NCBI GenBank assembly: GCA_039586365.1
Contig: JBDHKN010000003.1
Coordinates: 1-64,000, forward strand
DNA length: 64,000 bases
Reading direction: 5' to 3'
From: Gemmatimonadota bacterium
GTDB taxonomy: Bacteria > Gemmatimonadota > Gemmatimonadetes > Gemmatimonadales > GWC2-71-9
Shown here: piece after piece, positions 1 to 9,695 of the stretch
Layout: each line of letters starts with the position of its first letter
Position numbering within the stretch: the first letter of the stretch is position 1
The notes under the pieces: generated by a model
Told to the model about the DNA's origin: nothing
The model's database searches: none
What the model saw: only the letters and a program-made list of their open reading frames with translations
Translations under genes and position numbers: made by a program

Positions 1-250
1 AAATGAGGGCTGAGTTGACTAGCAACCGGTGCGCGAAGGCCTTATGCGGGAGCACCATCCGAATCACTCATTGAGCTGCCACCAACATATCACAGGTCGC
101 AGAACCGTTACAGGTCGGACGATGTGCTGCCCCGCCTCGTGCGCTGCGACCTGCATCTACCACCGTGCATCCTTCACTCGAAAGCTTCGGCCCACTGGCC
201 GTCTCAGGGTTGACGCGGCCTCACCGCCCAGAACACGGACGAATGAGAGC

Positions 251-1406
251 ATGATAATGCCGTCTTCGTACCCGACTCTGCTCTGCGTCGTTGCGGCCTT
301 CGGTTGCGCGGCCGAGCAGAACCGGATGCTGACGACCATCACGGACAGCGCGGGTGTGACCATGGCCGTCAATCCCCAGGATGGGCGGTGCCAGCTCCGA
401 CTCCAATTACCAGTTCTATCGTGTGGTGAGTAGTGTGCGGCTCTCGGACCGCAGTATCGTCGTCGCGAATGCGGGCAGCAGCCAGCTACGGTTCTATGAC
501 GCGGAAGGGCGATCCCAAGGGAGCGCCGGGGGAGAGGGTAGCGGCCCCGGCGAGTTTGAGCGGATCGCGTGGGCCACGAAGTACCGGCGTGATTCGATCG
601 TGGTTTTCGATCGGCGACTGGTGAGGCTGTCGGTGTTCGACTCCGAAGGGCGCTTCGCTCGGACAGTGACGCCACGTGACGCAGCGGGGAGGGCAATAAC
701 CAATGCGGTTGGTGCCTTCAGTGACGGGACGTTTCTCGTGATAGCGGAGACGGTGACTGACGGGCTTACTAGCGGAGTCTTCCGCCCGGTGTGGACCCTG
801 CTCCGCTGCAATGCCGACGGCCAGGTGGGTGACAGCGTCGGCTCGTATCTGGGAGAGGAGTCGTACCTCCATGCCTTCCGCTCGGGAGGTGCCATGGACT
901 CACCTCGCCTGTTCGGCTACACCACCGCACTCGCAGTGTCGGGCGACCACTTCTACGCGGGCGACACGGGCGACTTCGAACTCCGGGTGCACGCCGCAAC
1001 GGGTGAGCTGGCAGCGAAATTCCGCAAGCGTTTTGAACCCAGTAGCATCGATCCGGAGGATGTCCAGGCCCTTCAGGAGCAGCGACTTGAACGCGTCCGG
1101 AACATCCCGCATCTGAGCGAAAGACTCGCGGAGTTCTTCACTGCCATGCCGCTTCTACCCACCTTGCCGGTGTTCGGCTCGATTATTGTCGACGCTGCCG
1201 GTAACCTGTGGGTAGAGGAGTACCGGCGACCAGGTGAGCAAGTCGGGCTTTGGACGGTATTTGGTGCTGACGGCACGGTGGTGGCTATGCTCCGCAGCCC
1301 CGCCCGGTTCGAGCCGCAGCACATCGGTCAAGATTTCGTGCTGGGGCGTTGGACGGACGAGCACGGTGAGGAGCACGTGCGGCTGTACGATCTGTCCAAG
1401 GGCTGA
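251..1406 (+). pseudogene. 6-bladed beta-propeller lipoprotein, frameshifted (signal peptide from 251 and body from 381 are in different frames)
   Basis: MIMPSSYPTLLCVVAAFGC lipobox plus DSAGVTMAVN in the frame of 251. The body (YQFYRV...LRFYDAEG...GEGSGPGEF...DAAGNLWVEEY...DFVLG...EHVRLY) is in the frame of 381. Both parts align with the intact paralogue at 38811-40070. Confidence 0.75.
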
Positions 1407-1616
1407 GTCGCTGGCCGCGCTGAGTCGCCGCATGCTGCGCCACCCAACGCCGGGGGCCATGAGGAGTCTAGACGACCCCATGCGGCGAACCTAGGTGGCT
1501 AGTGGCAGCACCGCCATCCATGAGTGCCGGGTCTGGGCCCAAAACCTGCGCGCTTGTGGGCGGCCGTACCGGACCCCACATTTCAAATATTCGCAGTTCA
1601 TTTCTAGGAGGTCGCC

Positions 1617-1835
1617 ATGTCCAAAGAGGTCGCAGCCAGTTTCTTGTGTACATTGGCGAGGAGCAGCCAGCTGCGTGAAGAAGTGGCGGCGCTGGCGAAG
1701 AAGTATGGCTACCGATTCTCCCCGAATGATCTGGCAGAGTTGGGTCTCGAAGATCTGTGCGGTGGCGGCGGCGACGACGACAGGGACGATCTGCTGTCTG
1801 ATCGCGGCTTTGGGGCCATTGAGGTACCTGCCTAG
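1617..1835 (+). CDS. Nif11-like leader peptide / putative RiPP precursor (72 aa)
   Basis: AGGAGG RBS. MSKE..ASFL..L.....LREEV.ALAKKYGYRFS.NDL.EL.LEDL.GG matches the Nif11 leader pattern ending in a double-glycine site. Confidence 0.75.
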   Translation: MSKEVAASFLCTLARSSQLREEVAALAKKYGYRFSPNDLAELGLEDLCGGGGDDDRDDLLSDRGFGAIEVPA

Positions 1836-1879
1836 TCGGAGACTGCACCACCACCAGAACTGGTAGCCGGCGTAGAACT

Positions 1880-1940
1880 GCCCCGAGTGCTCCGTGGCGC
1901 TCGGGGCTGAGTGCTGCCTCGGCTAGATTTGAGGCAGCGC
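1880..1940. other. Two adjacent GC-rich hairpins (possible terminator or RNA-stabilising elements)
   Basis: GCCCCGAG...CTCGGGGC (1880-1907) and GCTGCCTC...GAGGCAGC (1913-1938). No U-tract. Confidence 0.45.
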
Positions 1941-1978
1941 TGCTAGGGTCCACCTGGTAAAGCGGGAGATCACACGCC

Positions 1979-2662
1979 ATGCCCGATGCGAGACTGCTCG
2001 TGATCGACAATGCCATCGATCACACCAGCTATCGACCGGTGGAACACTGGACGGCGATGGTCGGCTTCCAGCCCGATGCGGTTCACCCGCCGACTGGCGG
2101 CACTCTGCCCGATGTGGACAGCTACAGCCACGTCATCATCAGTGGTTGCGAAGGCAGCGTCAGCGATCTCGCACCGTGGGGTGAGGATGAGGTGAGCTGG
2201 GTGAGACAGGCAATAGCTGCCGGCGCGGCCGTGTTGGGTTCGTGTTGGGGCCACCAGTTGATTGCCTTTGCGATGGCCGGGCCGCAAGCCGTGCGCCGTG
2301 CAGCCACACCCGAGTGCGGTTGGATCGACATTCCGGTCGGTGATTCAGGCGAGCTACTGCCTCCGGAGTCGTATCAAGCGTTCGCCACGCATTTCGACGA
2401 AGTGGTTCCTGGCTGTCACCCAGATCTGCGAGTGTTGGCAGCCACGCCAGATTGTGCTGTCCAGGCCGCACGCTGGGGCGACCGGCCTGTGTGGGGTATC
2501 CAGGCACACCCGGAGATGAATCCCGAGCGCAGCAAGGAGTTCCTCACGGAGTGCATCGAGCGGTGGCCTCAGTCCGAAGCGGTGTTCCGCCGGGGCCTCG
2601 CCACTCCCGTGCGGGATTCGGGTCATGGACGGACGATCGCCAGGCGGTTCCTCGGGGCTTGA
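1979..2662 (+). CDS. Class I (type 1) glutamine amidotransferase-like protein
   Basis: Nucleophile elbow GSCWGHQ and QAHPE give the Cys-His-Glu triad. Confidence 0.9.
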   Translation: MPDARLLVIDNAIDHTSYRPVEHWTAMVGFQPDAVHPPTGGTLPDVDSYSHVIISGCEGSVSDLAPWGEDEVSWVRQAIAAGAAVLGSCWGHQLIAFAMAGPQAVRRAATPECGWIDIPVGDSGELLPPESYQAFATHFDEVVPGCHPDLRVLAATPDCAVQAARWGDRPVWGIQAHPEMNPERSKEFLTECIERWPQSEAVFRRGLATPVRDSGHGRTIARRFLGA

Positions 2663-2710
2663 TCGACGGACAGTGCGGAGGCGCACTGAGTAGCCCCCCC
2701 GCCACCCTGG

Positions 2711-5503
2711 CTATTCGACCCGGAGTGCCTCCATCGGATCGACGCGCGATGCGCGCCGCGCGGGCAGGTAGCTGGCCAACAGAACTGCGGCTGCGAGGCA
2801 CGGGGCAACCACGCCAAACGTCACCGGATCCACCGCACTCACTCCGTAGAGCAGCCCGCTCATGAGTCGGGTCAGCCCATAGGCTGCCGCCAGTCCCACC
2901 GCCACACCCAGCAGGGCGAGCACCACACCGAGCTGGAGTACCATTGCGGCGACCTTGCCGGCGTTGGCACCCAGGGCGATCCGCACGCCGATCTCGCGCG
3001 TGCGTTGGCTCACCACGTAGGACACCACGCCATACACACCCACGACTCCCAGCAACAGCGCAACCGCGGCGGCGAGGCCCAACATAACCAAAGTGAAGGA
3101 GGTACGCGCCAGGGAACTACGCAGTACGTCGGCCATGGTCTGTACCCGCGATAGCGGCAAGTTGGGGTTCACCGCCCATATCGCATCTCTCACCTCGTTC
3201 AAGAAACCTTCGGCTCCCACTAGGCTGCTGCGTACCACGAGCCACATCGTCCGCGGCATGAAGATCGCACCGCCCCGCACCTCGGGCCAGAAGTCCTCGA
3301 GCACCATGGGCCAGTAGACAATGCCGACGGGGTCCTGCATGATGCCGTCGTCACGCACGTCGCCCACGACGCCGATGATCTCCCGCCAGTTCCCAGGTCC
3401 GAACCCGGTGCCGACGCGCTTTCCGATAGCGTCAGCCGGGTTGCTCCAGTATTCTCGCGCCAGGTTCTCGGTGACCAACACGACCCTCGATCGCGCGTGA
3501 ATGTCCCCCCAAGTGAGTGACCTGCCGGCAACGATGTTGTTGCCCATCGTCTCGGAATAGCCGGCCCCGATCCACTTGAAGCGGCGGGTCGCAGGCAGTT
3601 GGCCTTCGGGCAGGGGGAATTCCTCCACGAATATGGGGTCGAACCCGGCCATGCGGTCCATCGTAATGGAGCTGGAGAGCCCAACCGAGGCGACACCACC
3701 CACGGCCTCGATCCGGTGGGCAATCGCCTCGAAGGTGAGCGCAACTTCGTCTGGTTCAGCGACTTGCGCGCTAGGGATCGTGAGCAGCACGGCGAGCACT
3801 TCGTCAGCGGCCCTGAAACCCGGCGTCACCTGGCGGAGAGCCTGGACAGTCCGGATCATGAGTCCGGACCCAACGATGAGCACTAGTGCCAGCGCTATTT
3901 GGCCCACCACCAGCGCGTTCCGAGTGCGGTGCCGCTCGCGGCCCGAACTCGAGCCACGACCACCCTCTTTCAGCGCCTGCACTAGGTACCCACGTCCCCA
4001 GCGGAATACCGGGAACAGGCCGAAGGCAATCCCGGAGAGAACCGAGATACCCAAAGTGAAAGCCAGCACAGCGGGGTCCAGTGAGATCTCGTCGAGCCGC
4101 GGGACGTTGCCGGGCGCAATGGCCGTAAGCAGGCGCAGCCCGCCGTAGGCCAGGCCCAGTCCGAGTACACCGCCGAGCACAGCTAGCATAGTGCTCTCCG
4201 ACAGGTAGAGTCCCGCAATCCGGCGCCTGCCAGCCCCCAGTGCCGAGCGAATGGCCATCTCCTGTTCCCGGATCTCGGCTCGCACCATGAACAGGTTGGC
4301 GACGTTGGCACAGGCGATGAGGAGCACGATGCCTACCGTGCCCAGCAGCACCCAGAGCACCGTACCGACGTCACCCACTATCTCTTCGCGCAACGGACGG
4401 AGAACGGGCGCGGCCTGCGCTTCCTGCAGCAGTTCGAGGGTCATGCCTCCAGGAAACTTCTCGACGGCCAGAGCGACTAGGCGTGTCAGGTCAGCTAGCG
4501 CTCCCTCTATGGTGACTCCGGCTTTCAGCCGCGCGATACTCCGGAAGGTGAAATTGCCCACGAACAAGGTGGACCGGTCAAAGCGGAGGGGTCTGTAGAT
4601 GTCAGGAGCGAACTCGAGGAACCGGAAGTCCCGCGGCATTACGCCGATCACCTCACGGGTCATGTCGCTCACGTGGAGTGTTTGGCCTATGACATCCGGA
4701 TCGCCGCCGAACCGCCTTTGCCAATAGTCGTGACTCAGAATGATCGTAAGAGGAGATCCCGGTGTCTCATCCTCCTCAGTGAACGTGCGGCCCAGAACGG
4801 GCTGGACGCGGAGAGTCGGCAGCGTGCCGGCTGTCACGAGCACCGTGGAGATGCGCTCGGGGCCGTCGGTACCCACCACGGTGGCTTGGGCCTGGGTCCA
4901 CAGGCCGACGCTCTCGAAGGCTCTTGCCTCGTCCACGTAGGTGAAGTGAAGAGCCGGGGATTGCGGGAACAGATCATCGGCTCGCCCGTCCGCTTGGAGA
5001 CCAGGTGCCCGGTTCCACACTGTAACGAGCTGCTCGGCGTAGTCGTAGGGCAGGGCCTTGAGCAAGATGCCGTTAACCAGCGAGAAGATCGCAGTGTTCG
5101 CCCCGATGCCGATCGCCAGCGTGAGGATGACCACGGCGGTGAATCCCGGGGCCCGGCGCAAGCGGCGGAGCGTGAGGCTGAGTCCCTGCAGCGCATCCGC
5201 GGCCGCGTTCCACGCTCCTCCCTTGTGCCGCAACCGGATCTCGGACTGCTCGACCCGCCGATCGATAGCTGAGCGGGCATGCTTGCGTTTGGAGCGCGTG
5301 ATCTCGGCCGCCAGTTCCTGCCAGTCGCCTACGTGATCGCGGGCGCGGGCATCGGCGTCCTTCTCAGAGGCACCGGCCGCGATGGCACCCCGGTAACACT
5401 CGTCCACCTGTGCGGCAATCTCCTCTATGATGTCGCTCTCTACGGGACCCATTATGTCCGGGAGTTCCAGCCGCTCTCTCACGTACCTCTTCCAGTCAGG
5501 CAT
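2711..5503 (-). CDS. ADOP-type duplicated ABC transporter permease (MacB/FtsX domains) with N-terminal extension
   Basis: [66 protein letters not shown]. Confidence 0.95.
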   Translation of the reverse strand: MPDWKRYVRERLELPDIMGPVESDIIEEIAAQVDECYRGAIAAGASEKDADARARDHVGDWQELAAEITRSKRKHARSAIDRRVEQSEIRLRHKGGAWNAAADALQGLSLTLRRLRRAPGFTAVVILTLAIGIGANTAIFSLVNGILLKALPYDYAEQLVTVWNRAPGLQADGRADDLFPQSPALHFTYVDEARAFESVGLWTQAQATVVGTDGPERISTVLVTAGTLPTLRVQPVLGRTFTEEDETPGSPLTIILSHDYWQRRFGGDPDVIGQTLHVSDMTREVIGVMPRDFRFLEFAPDIYRPLRFDRSTLFVGNFTFRSIARLKAGVTIEGALADLTRLVALAVEKFPGGMTLELLQEAQAAPVLRPLREEIVGDVGTVLWVLLGTVGIVLLIACANVANLFMVRAEIREQEMAIRSALGAGRRRIAGLYLSESTMLAVLGGVLGLGLAYGGLRLLTAIAPGNVPRLDEISLDPAVLAFTLGISVLSGIAFGLFPVFRWGRGYLVQALKEGGRGSSSGRERHRTRNALVVGQIALALVLIVGSGLMIRTVQALRQVTPGFRAADEVLAVLLTIPSAQVAEPDEVALTFEAIAHRIEAVGGVASVGLSSSITMDRMAGFDPIFVEEFPLPEGQLPATRRFKWIGAGYSETMGNNIVAGRSLTWGDIHARSRVVLVTENLAREYWSNPADAIGKRVGTGFGPGNWREIIGVVGDVRDDGIMQDPVGIVYWPMVLEDFWPEVRGGAIFMPRTMWLVVRSSLVGAEGFLNEVRDAIWAVNPNLPLSRVQTMADVLRSSLARTSFTLVMLGLAAAVALLLGVVGVYGVVSYVVSQRTREIGVRIALGANAGKVAAMVLQLGVVLALLGVAVGLAAAYGLTRLMSGLLYGVSAVDPVTFGVVAPCLAAAVLLASYLPARRASRVDPMEALRVE

Positions 5504-5828
5504 GGCTCGGCTCCAGGACCAGGTTCACGCCCCGAGTGAACTCGTGCCACGCCCTGCGCTCCGCTGCCAGTGCCCGCTTGCCTTTGTGAGTCAGGCTGTA
5601 GAACCGTCTGCGCCGCTCACCGGTGTGCTCCACCCAGCGACCTTTGATCCAGTCCCGCTCCTCCATGCGGCAAAGGACCGGGTAGAGCGAGGACACTCGG
5701 AACGCTATACGGCCTCCCGAGCGCTGCTCGATCAGCTTACCGATCTCGTAGCCGTGTCTGGATTGGTCCTCGAGGAGAGAGAGCAACAGAAGCTCGACGC
5801 TGCCCTTTCGCAGATCTACGCTTGCCAC
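5496..5828 (-). CDS. PadR family transcriptional regulator
   Basis: LRKGSVELLLLSLL...HGYEI...SLYPVLCRME..WI...RRRFYSLT.KG. GGAGG precedes the GTG at 5828. Overlaps the permease start. Confidence 0.92.
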   Translation of the reverse strand: MASVDLRKGSVELLLLSLLEDQSRHGYEIGKLIEQRSGGRIAFRVSSLYPVLCRMEERDWIKGRWVEHTGERRRRFYSLTHKGKRALAAERRAWHEFTRGVNLVLEPSHA

Positions 5829-6219
5829 AAGGCCTCCATATGGTCCGGTGCGATATGTCTTAGTAAAGTATGTATGGTATAGACGCAACTTGGTTGTCTT
5901 AGGTTTCAACTCCGCTGACGTGAACCGGCTGAGGGTCCGACAACGTCGTCCCGAGTCCCTTCAGGCAGTCGGGCTCGGCGAGCGTCTCTGAAACGGTGGA
6001 GGCCAGGGGTTCCGGCTCATCGTGACTGATCGTTCTCGGGTCAATACTAGATGACTGATGCCGTGGGCATGCTGCCCTACCAACCAGAAGCGCAGCATCG
6101 AGCAGCGGTAGGGGAATTCAGCTCCTTGTTGGCTGGTGCAACCCGCCGAGCATCAGCTTTGGGATGGTCGCCTTCGCACGCTGCGTGACGTTGGCATCAC
6201 AATTGACCTGCCAGCGCCG

Positions 6220-7125
6220 TTAGGCTTCCTTGATGAACGTACCGGCGCGCAGCTCGTCGTAGGCCTGCCGCAGCTGCTCTTCGGTGTTCATCACGATCGG
6301 GCCACGCCAGGCGACCGGCTCTGCGAGCGGTCTTCCGGAAACGAGCAGGAATCTGATACCGGTCTCTCCGGCGTGTACTGTTACCTCGTCACCGCTGTCG
6401 AACAGTACCAGCGACCGGTTTCCGGTTTCCTCGATCGTCGGGCCGTGGCTTGATCCCACGCGCTCCGTCCGGACTGCTCGAGGTTGCGAGGCGTCGCGGA
6501 ACGTTCCGGCCCCCTCGAACACGTAGGCAAATGCGTGGCGGGACGTCTCCACAGGCAGTGTCTTGCGTCGACCCGCCGGGACCCACACGTCGAGATACCG
6601 CGGGTCCGCTGCGATTCCATCGACCGGACCTGTCTTGCCCCAGAAGCTGCCACAGACGACCCGAACGCGGGTTCCGTCGTCGTCGATCACTTCCGGCACG
6701 TCGCCAGACATTACGTCTTGGTAGCGAGGCGCCGTCATCTTGAGCGAAGCGGGGAGGTTCGCCCACAGTTGGAATCCGTGCATCCGGCCTTGCTGGTCAC
6801 CTTGCGGCATCTCTTGATGGAGAATTCCGCTGCCCGCCGTCATCCACTGCACGTCACCCGCTCCCAGCTTGCCACTGTTGCCTAAGCTGTCCCCGTGATT
6901 CACGGTACCAGCCAGGACGTAGGTGATGGTTTCGATACCCCGATGCGGGTGCCAGGGGAAACCTGCGAGGTAGTCGTCGGGTTTCTCGCCCCGGAAGTCG
7001 TCGAATAGGAGGAACGGGTCGAAGTCGCTGGTATTTCCAAACCCGAAAGCGCGGCGCAGTCTCACTCCGGCGCCTTCGATGGTGGGTCTTGCTTCTAGAA
7101 CCTGCTTGATCGGTCTTATCGACAC
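6220..7125 (-). CDS. Pirin family protein
   Basis: EGAGVRLRR, DPFLLFD, HPHRGIETITY, WMTAGSGILHQE, GPIVMNT. GAGGAG precedes the GTG at 7125. Confidence 0.95.
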   Translation of the reverse strand: MSIRPIKQVLEARPTIEGAGVRLRRAFGFGNTSDFDPFLLFDDFRGEKPDDYLAGFPWHPHRGIETITYVLAGTVNHGDSLGNSGKLGAGDVQWMTAGSGILHQEMPQGDQQGRMHGFQLWANLPASLKMTAPRYQDVMSGDVPEVIDDDGTRVRVVCGSFWGKTGPVDGIAADPRYLDVWVPAGRRKTLPVETSRHAFAYVFEGAGTFRDASQPRAVRTERVGSSHGPTIEETGNRSLVLFDSGDEVTVHAGETGIRFLLVSGRPLAEPVAWRGPIVMNTEEQLRQAYDELRAGTFIKEA

Positions 7126-7206
7126 GGCTGCTCCTCTCACGGCTTGTAGGGTACCGCTGTGTGAACACCTCAGCAGCTCGCTGAGTTCCTGGCAGCTGGG
7201 ATTGGG

Positions 7207-7227
7207 GATTGACGATTGACGATTGAC
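7207..7227. repeat. Intergenic heptamer tandem repeat (GATTGAC)x3
   Basis: Read directly from the sequence. Confidence 0.7.
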
Positions 7228-7289
7228 GAAGTTCGGCCTGACCAGCCAATTGTGCACTTGGAGAGTTGCCCCGTGTTGGCGAATCCGGC

Positions 7290-8348
7290 CTACAGCAGTC
7301 GCATGCCCTGGATATCGAGATTGGTCAAGCCAACCTGCTCCGCATGTTCGACGACCTCATTGTATTCCCTGCGCCGCAGTCGCCGGGAGATCTCAGGATA
7401 ATCTTCCGCCTTGTACATCGGCCGGTACTGAGACATGATGTTGACATAGGTGTCTTTAGGCAGGTGCTGCGCGATCCAGCCGATTACCTCCCTACTGCCA
7501 CCGACCTGGTTCGGCATCACCAGGTGGCGGATCATCAGGCCACGGTACATCAGTCCGTCCGCCTCAGGTTTCGCAACTCCAACCTGGCGGTGCATCTCCA
7601 GCATGGCCGCCTTTGTGATCTCAGGGTAGGTGGCTGCCCCCGAGGAGTATTTGGATGCCATGGCGCCATCCGCGTACTTGAAGTCGGGTAGGTAGATATC
7701 GACGATTCCGTCGAGCCTCCGCAGGATCTCCAGCCGCTCCCAACCGTTGGTGTTGTAGACCAGCGGTAGCCGCAATCCCTTGGCAGCGGCGATGTCGAGT
7801 GCCAGGACGATGTGGGGTGAATAGTGTGTCGGTGTGACGATGTTGATGTTGTGGCAGCCGTATCCCTGCAGGCGCAGCATCATGTCTGCCAGAATCTCTA
7901 AGCTCGTGGGTTCACCCTCTCCCCCCTGGCTGATCTCCGAGTTGATGCAGAAGACACAGCGCAGGTTGCAGTTACTGAAGAACACCGTACCGGAGCCTCC
8001 GTGCCCGACCAATGGCCGCTCCTCTCCGAAATGCGGGTGATAGGAGGCGACAATCAGTTGGGAGGAACCGTGGCAGAATCCTTCCTGCCCAGCGAGGCGC
8101 GCAGCACCGCACTCCCTGGGGCAGAGAGAACAGTCTGCCATCACCTGCCACAGTTCGTCTCCCCTGCTTTTCAGCTCCCCGCTGCGATGCAGCTTCAGAT
8201 ACCCGGGCTCGAACGCGGGATCCATTTGCAGGGTTGCCCTCGTCTCTTGGCGACATCCGGCTACGAGGGTAGGGAGGGTGGTACCGAAGCCTGCAACTGC
8301 AAACGAAGAAACGGATCCGATGAACCTTCTTCTCGATTGCTGCCTCAT
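7290..8348 (-). CDS. Radical SAM protein, PflX-like, with twin-arginine/lipoprotein signal
   Basis: CNLRCVFC (CxxxCxxC), CSLCPRECG, HFGEE.PL.G..GSGTVFF, DIYLPDFKY, RHLVMP. N-terminus SRRRFI...LVAGC. AGGAGG RBS. Confidence 0.9.
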   Translation of the reverse strand: MRQQSRRRFIGSVSSFAVAGFGTTLPTLVAGCRQETRATLQMDPAFEPGYLKLHRSGELKSRGDELWQVMADCSLCPRECGAARLAGQEGFCHGSSQLIVASYHPHFGEERPLVGHGGSGTVFFSNCNLRCVFCINSEISQGGEGEPTSLEILADMMLRLQGYGCHNINIVTPTHYSPHIVLALDIAAAKGLRLPLVYNTNGWERLEILRRLDGIVDIYLPDFKYADGAMASKYSSGAATYPEITKAAMLEMHRQVGVAKPEADGLMYRGLMIRHLVMPNQVGGSREVIGWIAQHLPKDTYVNIMSQYRPMYKAEDYPEISRRLRRREYNEVVEHAEQVGLTNLDIQGMRLL

Positions 8349-8429
8349 CGGAAACCTCCTGTCGGAGATCGAATGTGGTGCACGGAGCTACTAACGAAAG
8401 CTAGCGCTCCGTCCCGCGTCGCTGAGGCT

Positions 8430-9695
8430 TCAGAACCGCTTCCCGCCGATGAATACCATCTCGACCTTGGACAGCTCTTTCAGAGGATCTCCATCGAACA
8501 CAACGATGTCCGCTAGCTTGCCGACCTCTAGGGAACCAAGCCGGTCCGCCACTCCGAAGATCTGAGCGGGGTAGAGAGTCAGACCTCTGAGGGCTTCCTC
8601 ATAGGGAAGTCCGTGGATGATGGCCGAGCGGGCCTGATCGAGCAGTCCGGCGACGTTGTCGATGGAGCCAGTCTGAAACGCGAACTGGACGCCTGCTTGG
8701 GACAGCAGAGCGGGTGTCGCCGGTGTCCCCCGCTCAGATTCCAGCTCTTGATAGGACGCGCCCACTGGTCCCCAGATGACCGCTATGTTCCTCTCAGCCA
8801 GCTCGCTCGCCAGGCGGTGGGCCTCAGCGCCACGATTCAAGATGATTGGTAGGTCGAACTCCGCAGTTATTTTCAAGGCAGTGTAGATGTCGTCGAAGCG
8901 GTCGGCGCCCACGATGAGAGGCTGCCGGCCCTGCACGACCGGCAGCAGGGCTTCCAGTTTGAGATCCCTCTCCGGTCGAGTTGGTTCTTGCTCTGCTGGA
9001 TCTGCCTCGTGTGCCGCCAGTTTCCTCTGGTAGAGCGCGAGCTTGTCGGCGTATGCTTGGGCATTGACGAATGTCTGTCGCAGCAGGGCTGCGGCTCCCA
9101 TGCGGGTCATGGGAGCCCGGCCCTTCTGTCCGTAGTGGGTCTTCGGGGCCTCACCAAGGGAAACGTGGATGCCAACTGGAGCAGTCAGCACCATTTCTTC
9201 TATGCTCGTGCCGGCCAGGCGTATCAGTGCGCTTTGGCCGGCCAGGAGATTTCCCTCTGCGGGGGCGCACAGGGCAGCGGTGATGCCCGAGTTCCTTGCC
9301 ACCGGGATGAATCGGTTAGCAGGATTGAGGGCATCCGTGATCCTCAGATGTGGCGTTACAGGATCGGTGGCCTCGTCGTCGTCCTTCCCCAGAGATGGGA
9401 TGTCTGCAGCTCCCAGATTGGTGAATCCGTCGATCAGGCCCGGCATGACGGTTCGTCCTGCCACATCGATCACCCGTACATCGGAGGGAATGGAGACCTG
9501 AGCACCAATTGCAGTAATGCGGCCGCCACTCATGACGAGCACCCCGGTGTCGATCACCCCCTGGGTGATTGTGAGCAGTCGCGCGCCCCGAAGGGCAATT
9601 GTCTCCTCTTGCGCAACAGCGCGCGCACTCGAAACGCCGCAGCAAAGGGCGCAGCAGACGGAAATGGACCAGAACGGTCGCAAACGATAGCTCAT
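8430..9695 (-). CDS. Secreted amidohydrolase family protein (HxH metal motif degenerate)
   Basis: MPGLIDGFTN, GSLEVGKLADIVVFDGDP. Signal peptide. ATGA overlap with the upstream gene. Confidence 0.88.
   Translation of the reverse strand: MSYRLRPFWSISVCCALCCGVSSARAVAQEETIALRGARLLTITQGVIDTGVLVMSGGRITAIGAQVSIPSDVRVIDVAGRTVMPGLIDGFTNLGAADIPSLGKDDDEATDPVTPHLRITDALNPANRFIPVARNSGITAALCAPAEGNLLAGQSALIRLAGTSIEEMVLTAPVGIHVSLGEAPKTHYGQKGRAPMTRMGAAALLRQTFVNAQAYADKLALYQRKLAAHEADPAEQEPTRPERDLKLEALLPVVQGRQPLIVGADRFDDIYTALKITAEFDLPIILNRGAEAHRLASELAERNIAVIWGPVGASYQELESERGTPATPALLSQAGVQFAFQTGSIDNVAGLLDQARSAIIHGLPYEEALRGLTLYPAQIFGVADRLGSLEVGKLADIVVFDGDPLKELSKVEMVFIGGKRF

Noticed and set aside
93..153. 10-bp inverted repeat CAGGTCGCAG...CTGCGACCTG
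   Set aside because: Single occurrence with a long spacer and no further structure; could be chance.
5930..6215. Structured intergenic region, possible riboswitch or ncRNA
   Set aside because: Only short GC stems, with no recognisable riboswitch consensus.
7290..8348. Radical SAM enzyme as maturase of the Nif11-like peptide
   Set aside because: PflX-type with no SPASM/RRE domain, on the opposite strand over 5 kb away, and apparently exported.
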